This document shows, in pieces, positions 12,524-25,371 of a stretch of DNA of 64,000 nucleotides. Each line of letters opens with the position of its first letter. Position 1 is the stretch's first letter. Below the pieces are notes generated by a model, which did not search any database, was not told where the DNA came from, and saw nothing but the letters and a program-made list of their open reading frames with translations. The DNA comes from Octopus sinensis (Eukaryota), in the NCBI RefSeq assembly GCF_006345805.1, contig NC_043012.1, forward strand, positions 8,060,001-8,124,000, written 5' to 3'. Made by a program: the position numbers and the translations under genes.

Positions 12524-12636
12524 GTCTGTCTGTCTATCTATCTGTCTGTCTATCTATCTATCTATCTATCTGTCTGTCTGTCTATCTATCTATCTACCTA
12601 CCTGTCTGTCTGTCTATCTATTTATCTATCTATCTA

Positions 12637-12676
<40 letters not shown>

Positions 12677-12780
12677 TCTATCATTCTGTCTATCTACAAA
12701 TTATTTATCAATCTATTTATGTATGTATGTAGCTCTCACTCTCTCTCTCTCTTTCTCTCTCTCTACCTCTATCTCTGTCT
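12220..12780. repeat. Compound tetranucleotide microsatellite (TATG)n/(TCTA)n/(TCTG)n
   Basis: Directly visible. Confidence 0.95.
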
Positions 12781-13800
12781 AAATATCTGCAACAGTTTGT
12801 CCTCTTTGTTATAACAGCCACTAATACAATTTGCCATTAAACATGCTGATAGATCATTGGCACTAATCTTCAGGTCATGCTTCACTGATCACTGCTGTTT
12901 ATCTTCATGTTTCACTACACACATACACCCACTCATCCCCACCACACACTACCACCACCACCACCACAACCAGCTGCCTTTCAGACTGCCATCTTCATCT
13001 CCGCTCCCACCCTTCCTTACTAAAAGAAAAAAACCTTGCTGTATTTCTTCCATTGTTAACGCTGATTAAATTACCTGTGTAACAAGATATTAAATGAACC
13101 TTTCACACCTGTCCCACCCAAGCTGTCACTTGTATCAGTTCCTTCATTACACCTGTGATGCCATTATATTCCTACTATTTCATTGGTGCTCTAGTCACAT
13201 GACTCTTACCTAATAAGATACCAGCATACTTTGGCTATGTTCCATTTGCTACTTAACATTGATAACATAAGTTTCTCTAGCAATATTTTAGTCTTAATAC
13301 TATACTCTAGTCTTAATGCTAATACTTTAGTTTTAATATTGACACCTTAGTCTTAATACTAAGACTTTAGTCTTAATACTAATACTCTAGTCTTAATGCT
13401 AATACTTTAGTTTTAATATTGACACCTTAGTCTTAATACTAAGACTTTAGTCTTAATACTAATACTCTAGTCTTAATGCTAATACTTTAGTTTTAATATT
13501 GACACCTTAGTCTTAATACTAAGACGTTAGTCTTAATACTAATGCTCTAGTCTTAATGCTAATACTTTAGTTTTAATATTGACACCTTAGTCTTAATACT
13601 AAGACATTAGTCTTAATACTAATGCTCTAGTCTTAATGCTAATACTTTAGTTTTAATATTGACACCTTAGTCTTAATACTAAGACGTTAGTCTTAATACT
13701 AATGCTCTAGTCTTAATGCTAATACTTTAGTTTTAATATTGACACCTTAGTCTTAATACTAAGACTTTAGTCTTGATACTAATACTCTAGTCTTAATATT

Positions 13801-14012
13801 GGTTTAAAATTTTGGCACAAGGCCAGCAATTTTGGGGGAGGAAGTAAATTGATTACATTGATCCCAGTGCCCAACTGGTACTTATTTTATCAACCTCAAA
13901 AGGATGAAAAGCAAAGTTGACCTTGGCAGAATTTGAACTCAGAACATAAAGACATGAAATACCACTAAGCATTTTGCCCAGTGTGCTAACAATTCTACCA
14001 GCTTGCTGCCTT
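13801..14012 (-). mobile_element. SINE family C
   Basis: Head with TGGTAGAATTG A-box-like and GAGTTCAAATTC B-box-like motifs, then the CTTTTCATCCTTT..GATAAAATAAGTACCAG body; TAGTCTTAATATT is repeated on both sides. Confidence 0.8.
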
Positions 14013-14174
14013 CTTTAGTCTTAATATTGATAATTTAGTCTTAATATTAAGACTTTTAGACTTTAGTCTTAATACTAGTACTCTTGTCTTAATGCTAATA
14101 CTTTAGTCTTAATGCTAATACTTTAGTCTTAATGCTAATACTTTAGTCTTAATGCTAATACTTTAGTCTTAATA

Positions 14175-14370
14175 TTGGTTTCAAATTTTGGCACAAGGCC
14201 AGCAATTTTAGGGACCCCAATGCTTAATTAGTACTGATTTTATTGATCCCAAAAAGATCAAAGGCAAAGTCAATCTTGACAGAATTTGAACTCAGAACAC
14301 AAAAATGGACAAAATACTGCTAAGCATTTTGCCCATTATGCTAATGATTCTGCCAACTCACAGCCTTCTT
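14175..14370 (-). mobile_element. SINE family C
   Basis: As above; flanked by AGTCTTAATATT repeats. Confidence 0.8.
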
Positions 14371-15520
14371 TAAGTCTTAATATTGACACCTTAGTCTTAA
14401 TACTAAAACTTAGGTCTTAATATTGATATTTTAATCTTGATGCTAATACCTGAGTATTAAAACTATTATTTTAGTCTTAATCTTAATATTATTACTTTAG
14501 TCTTAATACTGATATTTTAATTTTTAATACAGATACTTTAATCTTAATACCAATACTTTAGTCTGCTGTAAAACTCATGTTATCGGTTTCCTATGATTTA
14601 GAAAATATTGATCCCATCTGTTCAATATTGATGTTCAATATTACAATTTTATTAAACTCTTTCTCAGTAGTCTTTCATCAATTTATCCAGTCATAAACTT
14701 TTGGTCTCATCTGTGACACACTAAGACAAGGGTTCCCACCCTACCCAGGGGTGCGAGATGATGTCTGAGGTGAGGTCAACAAAGAGGGGAGAAGTATGGT
14801 GGATCTCCATTGTTCAACAAAGAGGACTCAGTCGTTTGGTCTATTGAATTCCCTGCTTGTGTAAGTGGCTGAGTACTCCATAGATGCATGTACCCATAAT
14901 GCAATTCTCAGGCCGCAACATCATGACATTAATGTATGAGACAACAATGTCCCTTTTCAGCTACAGGTGCAATCCACTCAATGAGCTTCACTATAGTTTC
15001 CATCTGCCCAATGTCATTCACTAAATAAGGTTTGACGTGAGGCTTTTTATTTTGCGAGATCGTTACCTTACTGGCACCTGTGCCGTTGGCATGTGTAAAA
15101 TAAAAAAATAAAAAATTCGAGCAAGGTCGTTGCCAGTACTGCCTGACTGGCCCCATGCCGGTGGCACATAAAAGCAGCCACTACACTCTCGGAGTGGTTG
15201 GCGTTAGGAAGGGCATCCAGCTGTAGAAACTCTGCCAGATCAAAACTGGAGCCTAGTGCAGCCATCTGGTTCGCCAGCCCACAGTCAAACCATCCAACCC
15301 ATGCTAGCATGGAAAGCGGACGTTAAACAATGATGATGATGCTGATGATGATGATGATTGGTATTTCTCAATCTGAGGAAGACAGTTCTGCAAATTCTTG
15401 CTGAACAAATACCAGAGGTGATACATTTATAGCGATCAAATATATGTGCTTTATATTAATTAGCTCACCCACCCACACCCCCACTAATCAAATCAACATT
15501 ATCTGTACAGGTGCATGGTG

Positions 15521-15612
15521 TGCCCTATGCAGGCACATGGGGTGCCCTATGCAGGCACATGGGGTGCCCTATGCAGGCACATGGGGTGCCCTATGCAGGC
15601 ACATGGGGTGCC
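15521..15612. repeat. Four tandem copies of the 22-bp unit TGCCCTATGCAGGCACATGGGG inside a degenerate SINE
   Basis: Directly visible. Confidence 0.9.
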
Positions 15613-15889
15613 ACGTGTCAGATTCCAAAATGATCATAGAGCAATGTGAGATGAAGTGTTGCTCCATCTGGGAACGGAACTTGCATTTTTGTAATTATAA
15701 AGGCAACACCCTAACCACTTGGTTACGTGCCCTCTAGCCTTACTGCACTATGACCTCTCACCTGAGGTTATAGTAAATGACATTCATGCAAGATGCCACA
15801 CGCTGGCATTGAACCTAGGATCCTGATGTTGTGAAGTGGACTTTTTAACTGTTCAACCATAATGCACTTGTAGGGAAGGCATCGCTTTT

Positions 15890-16280
15890 CATCTTTTAGT
15901 TGTTTCAGTCAACAGACTGTGGCCATGCTGGGGCACAGCCTTGAAGAATTTAAGTTGAATCAGTCAACACCAGTACTTAATTTTTCTAAGCTTGGCACAT
16001 ATTCTATTGTTGTCTTTTGCTGAACTGCTAAGTTATGGGGACATAAACATACTGACACCAGCAGTCAAGTGGTGGTGGTGGTGGGGGAGCAAATGTAGAC
16101 ACAAAGACACACACACACACATACATGTATACACATACATACATATACAACAGCCTTCTTTCAGTTTCCTTCTACCAAATCCACTCACAAGGCTTTGGTC
16201 AACCTGAAGCTATTGCAGAAGACACTTGCTCAAGGTACCATGCAGTGGGACTGAACCTGGAACTATGTCATTGGGAAGCA
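15890..16280 (-). mobile_element. SINE family A, diverged
   Basis: Reverse-complement similarity to family A. Confidence 0.75.
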
Positions 16281-16380
16281 AGCCTATAGGTCTAGATACA
16301 TATATATGTATATGTATATGTATATATACAGGTATGTATATGCATATATAAAGATATATATATATATATATGTATATATA

Positions 16381-17174
16381 TCATCATCATCATCATCATC
16401 ATCATCATCGTTTAACGTCCATTTTCCATGCTAGCATGGGTTGGACGGTTCGACCAGGGTCTGGGAAGCCAGGAGGCTGCACCAGGCTCCAGTCTGATCT
16501 GGCAGTGTTTCTACAGCTGGATGCCCTTCCTAACGCCAACCACTCCGCGAGTGTAGTGGGTGCTTTTTACCTGCCGCTGGCACAGGTGCCAGGGGAAGTT
16601 GGTAGCGGCCACGATCGGTTGGTGCTTTTTATGTGCCACCGGCACAGAAGCCAGTCAAGGTGGCGCTGGCATTGGCCACGTTCGGATGGTGCTTTTTACG
16701 TGCCACTGGCACAGGTATCACAACTACAAGACATACATATATATATATATCAGTGTGTATAACCCTACTTGTGAAAACCTGTTGAGGCAAGTGAAAATCA
16801 AAATCAAAATCAAAATCGATCAACATCAATGGAAATTGTAACTGTGATACCAGTGCCGGTGGCACATAAGAGAACCATCCGAACGTGGCCGTTGCCAGCG
16901 CTGCCCTGACCGACCTCCGTGCCGGTGGCACGTAAAAAGCACCATCCGATCATGGCCGTTTGCCAGCCTCGTCTGGCACCTGATGCATGTAGCACGTAAA
17001 AAGCACCCACTACACTCACGGAGTGGTTGGCATTAGGAAGGGCATCTAGCTGTAGAAATACTGCCAGATCAGACTGGGCCTGGTGCAGCCTTCTGGCTTC
17101 CCAGACCCCAGTTGAACCGTCCAACCCATGCTAGCATGGAAAACGGACGTTAAACGATGATGATGATGATGATG
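16381..17174. mobile_element. Two family-B copies back to back (minus 16381-about 16728, plus about 16770-17174)
   Basis: (CAT)n and (GAT)n tails at the outer ends; the arms are reverse complements over about 330 bp. Confidence 0.85.
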
Positions 17175-17384
17175 TGTAAGTATATATATACACCACTTTA
17201 TTAAAATTGCTTTTCAGGATTAAATTATTGACTAATTCTTAAGAATAAATTTATTCTCCTTTCCTAAACACACAAAGAGCTTTATTATTATTCTACTAAA
17301 CCTGAAGAGATTTTAACCAAGACAGACGAAATATCACTAAGCATTTTGCCTGGCATTGCTAACAGTACTGCCAGCTCAACACCC

Positions 17385-17490
17385 TAACAACAACAACAAC
17401 TACAATGATAATAATAATAATAATAATAATAATATAATAATAATAATAATATAATAAATAATAATAATGATAATAATAATAATGATAATA

Positions 17491-17556
<66 letters not shown>

Positions 17557-17564
17557 TAATAATA

Positions 17565-17642
<78 letters not shown>

Positions 17643-17657
17643 TAATAATAATAATAA
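17385..17657. repeat. Long (AAT)n microsatellite flanked by family-C SINE pieces
   Basis: Directly visible. Confidence 0.95.
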
Positions 17658-18043
17658 TCCTTTCTAATATTGGCACAACTTTTTTCTATAAAGGAAACAT
17701 AATCAATTTTATCAACTGATACTTTTTCTTTTATCAAACCTGGAAGGATGAAAATTTACTGCTGCCTCCTTTTATTTTCATCTTTTAACCATTATTAACC
17801 CTCTTTTATCCTGCCATACATGTAGCCTTATAGAAGGGGTTTTTTTTTTTTTTTGGTTTTTTGGTTTTTTGCTTTCCTTGTTCTTGGTTAGCAGTGATGT
17901 TTTATGTCTAATTATCTTTGACTGCTGTTTAGTTATGCAAACTCCTGCTTTATCACATCACACCTCTAGCACCTCACTTTCTTCCCATCATTAAAAAAAA
18001 AATAACAATAACAATAACAACAACAACAAACAACAACAACAAC

Positions 18044-18092
<49 letters not shown>

Positions 18093-18765
18093 TAATAATA
18101 ATAGTAATAATAACAAGACGAAAAAGCAGGCTTTCATCATTTCTCTTTTGACAAAATTATTTCCAGTATTCTTTCACTGGTTGGCATCGCAGACCATTAG
18201 TGCATTCTCTATTTGGAGCCAGATTTTTGTTTGTTTTGTTTGTTTTTCTTTTTATCATACATTCCCTGCATTCCATTTATGAAATATTGTACTGGTTCCA
18301 ACAATTGGCTCACTATGAAATGTTCCTAAAATAATGATAATAATAATAATAATAATAACAACAGCAACAATAATAATTAATAATAATAAAAATTGTTGTT
18401 ATTATTATTATTTGTTTGGAATTCTATTATCATTATATATTTCCAATTAACTAAAACATTTGCTTATTAATCAGAAAATGTACAACTACATGAAATTAAA
18501 TTATAAAGGATGCATATTCAATGAATTTCTGATGAAATCGATTCCTATCAGTTGGTGTATGTGTGTGTGTGTGTATGTGTGTGTGTGTCTGTGTGTGTGT
18601 ACATGCAGGTTGAGATGTTAATACTTCTATTTGTTAAGTCTCGGAGATCCTAATATTGCAATCCTAGACTGAAAGTATACAACGCTGTCGGCTATGACCT
18701 TAAAGTTTGTATACTCTTGACAAACATGTATTTTTACAAATAGAGACCCCCTAATATATAAGCAC

Positions 18766-18798
<33 letters not shown>

Positions 18799-19094
18799 TT
18801 AACATCCACTTTTCCATGCTGGCACGGGTTGGACAGCTTGACAGGAGCTGGTAAGGCTGGGAGTCGCAACCCGGTTCCATTGTTAGTCTTGGAATGGTTT
18901 CTACAACTGAATGCCCTTCCTAATGCCAACCACTTCAGAGATGTACTGGAGGCTTTTTTTTTTACGTGACACCAGCACCAACAGGATTACCGAGCAACTT
19001 GCAAGATAAAAACTCAGCTGGGAGGAGGGTGGGGTAGTATTGAGGCAGTAGATGGCTTTGTGCCAGCTGAGAGATTAACGGTATAGAGGGACAA

Positions 19095-19336
19095 AAAGGC
19101 GGCGAGCTGCCAGAAACGTTAGCACGCTGGGCGAAATGCGTAGCTGTATTTCGTCTGCCGCTACGTTCTGAGTTCAAATTCCGCCAAGGTCGACTTTGCC
19201 TTTCATCCTTTCAGGGTCGATTAAATAAGTACCAGTTACGCACTGGGGTTGATATAGTCAACTTAATCCCTTTGTCTGTCCTTGTTTGTCCTCTCTGTGT
19301 TTAGCCCCTTGTGGGTAGTAAAGAAATAGGTATTGA
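19095..19336 (+). mobile_element. SINE family C variant C2, ending at GAAATAGGTATT
   Basis: Family-C head and body with the CTGTCCTTGTTTGTCCTCTCTGTGTTTAGCCCCTTGTGGG tail. Confidence 0.8.
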
Positions 19337-19730
19337 GAGACAAGCATGAACCGACAATTCCACACAGGACAATTCAGCACAAAGACAATTCTGTGCATTG
19401 TGTTAATGTGTATATGAAATTTACTCTTTACTCTTTTTACTTGTTTCAGTCATTTGATTGTGGCCATGCTGGAGCACCACCTTTAGTCGAGCAAATCGAC
19501 CCCAGGACTAATTCTTTGTAAGCCTAGTACTTATTCCCTGAAATAGCAGGGAGGGGGATAGTTGACTGCATCAATCCCAATGTTTCACTGGTACTTAATT
19601 TATCGACCCCGAAAGGATGAAAGGCAAAGTTGACCTTGGTGGAGGTTGAACTTGGAATGTAGTAGCAGACGAAATACCGCTAAGCATTTTGCCCAGAATA
19701 CTAACAATTCTGCCAGCTCACTGCCTTATA

Positions 19731-20136
19731 TCTCTATATAATAATAAGTATATATAAAAGTGAGGTTGTGTGTCTGTCTCCTACGATTTAGATTCCTAAC
19801 TACTCCCACATTTTGCGGTGCAGTTTAACCAAAACCGGGTATCTTATAGTCGTGATTCATATCGAGCCCTTCTGGGTATTAGCGTGCGTCTACGATGAGT
19901 CTATGATTTAAAAAAAAATTTACCAACAATTTTTCCCCTTTTTAATGCATTTTTGGCATATATAAGGGAAGCAACTCTCTAAAAATTTATTATTAAATCT
20001 CAGAACGTAAAAAGCTACAGTAACACCCCCCTTTGTGGTTAGCCATATTGTGATGGCTATTATACTCTACATCTCTAAAAATGCTTATATAGTTATTTCC
20101 CTTACAAACCCGAGCAACGCCGGGCGATACTGCTAG
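19731..20136 (+). mobile_element. Non-autonomous Helitron-like element
   Basis: Starts A|TCTCTATATA; ends with the hairpin CCCGAGCAACGCCGGG (20109-20124) then ...CTAG|T; no TSD. This fits the Helitron rule (5' TC, 3' hairpin plus CTRR, insertion between A and T). The exact 5' end is uncertain. Confidence 0.75.
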
Positions 20137-20149
20137 TGTAGTATATAAT

Positions 20150-20581
20150 ATTCTGCTCAATACCACAGATTTGCTTGTCAGTTGTTTGACCTTAACCAGT
20201 TGAGCATGTCCCTTAGTGGCTGACGATATGTGCATCTCTGGTCACAAGCAGAAGTAGTGGGGTAGCATCATAGCCGTGTGTTGAAAGGAATTCTTGGAGG
20301 TTTGGATAATTTACCTTTGGAAACATGGGTGGTTCATTCAACATCCTTAAACAACCCTTATTCAGGGACCTTTTGAGTGGGATGGGTTACTCGACCTAAC
20401 TGGGCTCCACCTACAAGGTCATGTGCTGTTTATCTTGATATGAGATCACCATGTCGCGCACATATGGTTGTGATGCATGTGCCTGGTGTACCCTAATCAG
20501 ACGGGTAGTCATGATGGGTATACTGGGCTTCGTATATTTTATCCCAGTGCCACTTTGATGGCATGCACTGCTCTCTCACTC

Positions 20582-20585
<4 letters not shown>
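20150..20585. repeat. Unclassified interspersed repeat (probable retroposon-derived)
   Basis: GC-richer block ending at (AAT)n that resembles a common octopus repeat as I recall it; only one copy in this window. Confidence 0.4.
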
Positions 20586-20616
<31 letters not shown>

Positions 20617-20788
20617 TGATAATAATAGCTGCTGATATGTTAGTTGGTTGTTGTCTTATCATGTGTCACTTTATATTGGGTAGAGAAAGAGAGAGAGAAG
20701 GGAGAGAGAGGGAGAGAGACAGAGAGAGAGAAAGGGAGAGAGAGGGGGAGAGACACATACAGAGAGATAGAAAGGGAGAAAGACAAAG

Positions 20789-20819
<31 letters not shown>

Positions 20820-21734
20820 ATTAACACAAGATGTGCAGCATATCTGATGGGTAACACTCTCATATGTTAATAATAATAGTTTAGATTAAAAACAACTGTT
20901 GACAAATATTAGGATTTTGGTATAATTTAACCACTTATCTAGATGCAATATGGCCCAATGGTTACCAGTTTTGCTTTGTAATCATGAGGTTCTGGTTTCA
21001 GTTCTGTTGCATGACATGTTGGATAAATATCAGTTTCTATATCCCTGGATTGATCCACACCTTGTAAGTGATACTGGATAAATGGAAACTATACAGAAGT
21101 TTGTTGACTGTACTTGTAAGCCAGTTTCATCATGCTGGTTTTGCCTTATAATTATGTTAGCCAGATAGTGCTCATTCAACAAATCTTGTTGCATGGTTGA
21201 TCAAACACTGGACACACATGGTCAGAAATTCTAACCAAAATTCGCTTTTATTTTAGTGCCAATACAATTTACCTTAACCAATATCAAGCTATGACTAAGG
21301 TGGTGAGCTGGTAGAAACATTAGCATGCTGGGTGAAATGCTTAGCAGTATTTCGTCAGTTTTTACATTCTGAGTTCAAATAAAACTGAGGTCGACTTTGG
21401 CTTTCATTCTTTTGGGGTTGATAAATTAAGCACCAGTTGTGTACTAGGGTTGATCTAATCGACTGGCCTCCCTCCCGCAAAATTTTGGGCCTTGTGCCAG
21501 AGTAGAAAAGAATATCAAGCTATGATTGGCTGCAATATAATTAATGCTGGAATAGACCAATCCAGGCAGCTACTACCAACTGCACTGAAGCCGCAACAAT
21601 AGAGTGGGTCACACATGGAGAGGAATGCCCACCCTCTCCTTGCCCAACTCAAATTAAAAGCAAAGGGTTATGTGACTTTTGAAATTTGAAATTTTGAAGC
21701 TACTATGAGATAATGCATGACTAATTCAAGACAA

Positions 21735-22050
21735 TCATCATCATCATCATCATCATCGTTTAACGTCCGTTTTCCATGCTAGCATGGGCTGAACGGTTCG
21801 ACCGGGGTCTGGGAAGCCAGGGGACTGCGCCAGGCTCCAGTCTGATCTGGCAGTGTTTCTACAGCTGGATGCTCTTCCTAACGCCAACCACTCCGTGAGT
21901 GTAGTGCGTGCTTTTTACATGCCACCGGCACAGGGGCCAGAGGAGGCTGGTAAACGGCCACGATCGGTTGGTGCTTTTACGCGTCACTGACACGGACGCC
22001 AGTCAGGCGGCACTGGCATCAGCCACGTTTGGATGGTGCTTTTTACAATG
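21735..22050 (-). mobile_element. Family-B copy
   Basis: (CAT)n CGTTTAACGTCCGTTTTCCATGCTAGCATGG core. Confidence 0.85.
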
Positions 22051-22676
22051 TGAATAAATAAACCTCAACACCAAAGAGTTAAAGTGATGTTTGAAACCTA
22101 AATGAACATGACATTTTGATCGCTTTAAAACAGGAAGTTCGTCTCATAGAACCAGGAGTGGTGGTCTCAGGTGGGTTGATATCAAAAGAGTTAATAAAAA
22201 TATTTTTCAAATTTTCAACATTAAAAGTTGTTTATTTTTTAAACATTGCACATGAAGAACACCAATAATTCTTTGATCTCTATTTTAATGTGAAGTCCAA
22301 AATATTGATTGAGTGTCACTCATTGAGGTGAACAGTCTAGATTTGTGGTTCTGTGCCTGAGACCACATCTGGCTCTGTGATACCAAACTGTTAGCTTTGC
22401 TTTACTTACACATGGAGAATACACCCAACAACACTCCATATTAACCCTTTGGCATTCAGGTTACTCCAGCAAATGTGATGCATTTTTAATTCTCATCGGT
22501 TTTAATTAATCACACATTTATCTCCTCACACAAAGATTTCGATCATATGACTTATTCTTTTAGTCTTCTACATGTTTCAGTCATTTGACTGCAGCCATGC
22601 TGGAGCACTATATATATATATATATATCTGTATACATAAGTACATATTCATATATGTGGCAAATTTGAATATATGC

Positions 22677-22707
<31 letters not shown>

Positions 22708-22711
<4 letters not shown>

Positions 22712-23018
22712 CACTATCCGACCCGTGGCCGATGCCAGCACCGCCTCGACTGGCTTCCGTGCCGGTGGCACATAAAATACACCAATCTGACCGTGGCCGT
22801 TGCCAGCCTCGCCTGGCACCTGTGCAGGTGGCACGTAAAAAGCACCCACTACACTCACGGAGTGGTTGGCGTTAGGAAGGGCATCCAGCTGTAGAAACAT
22901 TGCCAGATTAGACTGGAGCCTGGTGCAGCCTTCTGGCTTCCCAGAACCCCGGTCGAACCGTCCAACCCATGCTAGCATGGAGAACGGACGTTAAACGATG
23001 ATGATGATGATGATGATG

Positions 23019-23020
<2 letters not shown>
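22708..23020 (+). mobile_element. Family-B copy inserted in (TA)n
   Basis: Two 60-bp units plus the core and (GAT)n tail; TA repeats on both sides. Confidence 0.85.
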
Positions 23021-23049
<29 letters not shown>

Positions 23050-23430
23050 TGTATCTTTTTATATGTATAAATGCAGGCATACACCTACATGCATATGAGG
23101 TTGAAGTTGTGTGCCCATATACATACATATACGCACATGTGTGTATGCGTGAGTGTGGATATGTGTATGAGTATGTACAAGCATATATGTTTGTGTGTGT
23201 ATGGGCATGTACATTTTTATACTTACACAGACGTTGTGAACGCAGGAGGTTTTATGTGTATGTAATGTGAGAATATAGTTGCGTGTATTTTTTATCTTTT
23301 ATATTTTTTCTTACCAATTAGAATAACTTCCCTTTTATTCAATGGGTTTTTTTATGCCACTGGCATGGGAGCCAGTCAGGGGCACTGGATAGAATGTATG
23401 GACAGTAGTCATCATCATCATCATCATCAT

Positions 23431-23812
23431 CACCGGCACTGGTATCACAGCTACAATTTCCAATTGATGATGAAATCGATCAACATCAATTGGAAATTGT
23501 AGCTGTGATACCAGTGCCGGTGGTATGTAAGAGAACCATCCAAATGTGGCCGTTGCCAGCACCGCCCTGACTGGCCCCAGCACCGCCCTGACTGGCCTCC
23601 GCGCCGGTGGCATGTAAAAAGCACCATCCGATCATGGCTGTTTGCCAGCCTCGTCTGGCACCTGTGCCGGTGGCACGTAAAAAGCACCCACTACACTCAT
23701 GGAGTGGTTGGCGTTAGGAAGGGCATCCAGCCGTAGAAACATTGCCAGATCAGACTGGGCCTGGTGCAGCCTTCTGGCTTCCCAGACCCCAGTAGAACCG
23801 TCCAACTCGATG
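23431..23812 (+). mobile_element. Family-B copy with a 39-bp inverted duplication at its 5' end
   Basis: Arms 23431-23469 and 23484-23522 are exact reverse complements; the 3' tail is truncated. Confidence 0.8.
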
Positions 23813-25325
23813 ACAGTAGTAAGGACAGAAATGATAATTGGAGAGAGGTAGCTGGTAGTACCAAAGAGGTGAGGGGGGTGGAATATGTGCTGACTCTACC
23901 CTTAAATGATCGCACGAGCTGAGTTGTAACATTGTTAGAGGAGTGGTAGAAGGATGGGTGTAAGGAAGATAAGATGTGTGTATTTGGGGATGACGTAGGC
24001 AAATTGGCTGCAGGGATCACAGCATGGGCAGAAATCACCATAATAATTTTAGAACCTCTCTTTCACTGTGGTTGGTGGGTCTTCTTGAGCACAGCAAATT
24101 GCCAATCATCTCGGTCCTTTGTCATCTCCTCTGTGAGGCTCAACATCTTGAAATCAGTCCTCACTACTTCGTCCCATGTCTTCATAGGTCTCTCTCTCTT
24201 TCACAAGATCCATCCACTTTAAGAGATCGGTATTTCTTTATACAGCTGTCTTCATCCATACACATCACATGACCAGACCAATGCAGTCTTCTCTCTTGCA
24301 TGATACATCTGGTTCCTCTTAAGCCTAATTTTTCTCTCAATGCATTTGCACTTTGTTGCACATGCACACAAACATTGCTCATCCATTGGAGGTGCACCAG
24401 CTTCATTCCTCTCAAGTTTTCACATGTCCTCTACATTCAGGGCCCTCGTTTCACCACCATGTAGCATAGTTGTTTGTACACAAGCATCATACAATCTATC
24501 TTTCACTCAGAGAGAGAAAGACCCTTTGTTGCCCACAGAAGTAACAGCTTTCAGGACTTTCACTATCCTATTCTTATCCTAGCAACTATGCTTTCAGAAC
24601 ATCCTCCTCCACTGCTAATTAGGACACCTGAGTAACAAACTATCTATAACCTCTGGGGAGCCTCCTGGTTATTTGGTCCTTAGCATTTATTGTGTGTCCC
24701 ATGTGTCCTTAGCATCTATTCTTTCTGCACATCTGCCACATACAAAGATTACCTTCTCTGTTAACCTTCCTGTGATTCCATTGCACCTCTTATTTGGGTA
24801 CACCAAATGGAATTCCTGATGACACCTTTCCTATATATTGAGCAGGACCATATCCTAACAGGAAGGGAGTCCTATTCATTTTCTTACTTACCCAACCTTG
24901 GTCTTTGCTAAGTTTACTTTAAGGCTCCTTTCATTCTAGGTTTTGCTCCCCCACCTGAAATTTCTTTTCCAGTTCTGTTATCAGAATGAGGTCATCAGCA
25001 TATGATAGTTCCCAGGGGCAGCCTGTCTTAAATTCCTTTGTTATGGTCTAGGAGGGGATTGAGTAGTGAGCCCTGGTGAACTCCTACCTGTATACTAAAT
25101 TCACTGCCATACTTGTGGCCGACTCTCACTCAACTGACAGGACCCCTGAACATAGCTGGTATGGCTTTAACAAGCCATTTGTCTACTCCTAGCTTCCTTA
25201 GACACTACCAGATCAGAGAGCAAGGAACACTGTCAAAGGATTTTTCCAGATCAACAAATGTCAAGTACAATGGTTTGTACGTTATTTACATTCAACGGAT
25301 ATTTGTCCTCATCTTGTTTGTTGTT

Positions 25326-25371
25326 AACACAATGTTTCGGCTGATATACCCACCAGCCTTCTTCAGGTGTC
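25326..25371 (-). ncRNA. Minimal type I hammerhead ribozyme motif (stem III mutated)
   Basis: GACAC-CTGAAGA-A-GGCTG-gtgggtatat-CAGCC-GAAAC-ATT-GTGTT: catalytic core, perfect 5-bp stem II, and stem I GACAC/GTGTT. Confidence 0.7.

Larger units (their letters stand above)
13281..14565. repeat. AT-rich 20-bp minisatellite with an 80-bp higher-order repeat (six copies, 13321-13800), interrupted by two family-C SINEs
   Basis: Monomer resembles AATACTTTAGTCTTAATACT; four variant monomers recur in fixed order every 80 bp. Confidence 0.9.

Noticed and set aside
7287-17737. His-, Ser-, Ile-, Leu- or LSIY/LSVC-rich ORFs at 7287-7808, 12180-12814 and 17359-17737
   Set aside because: Translations of (GAT)n, (TCTA/TCTG)n and (AAT)n microsatellites.
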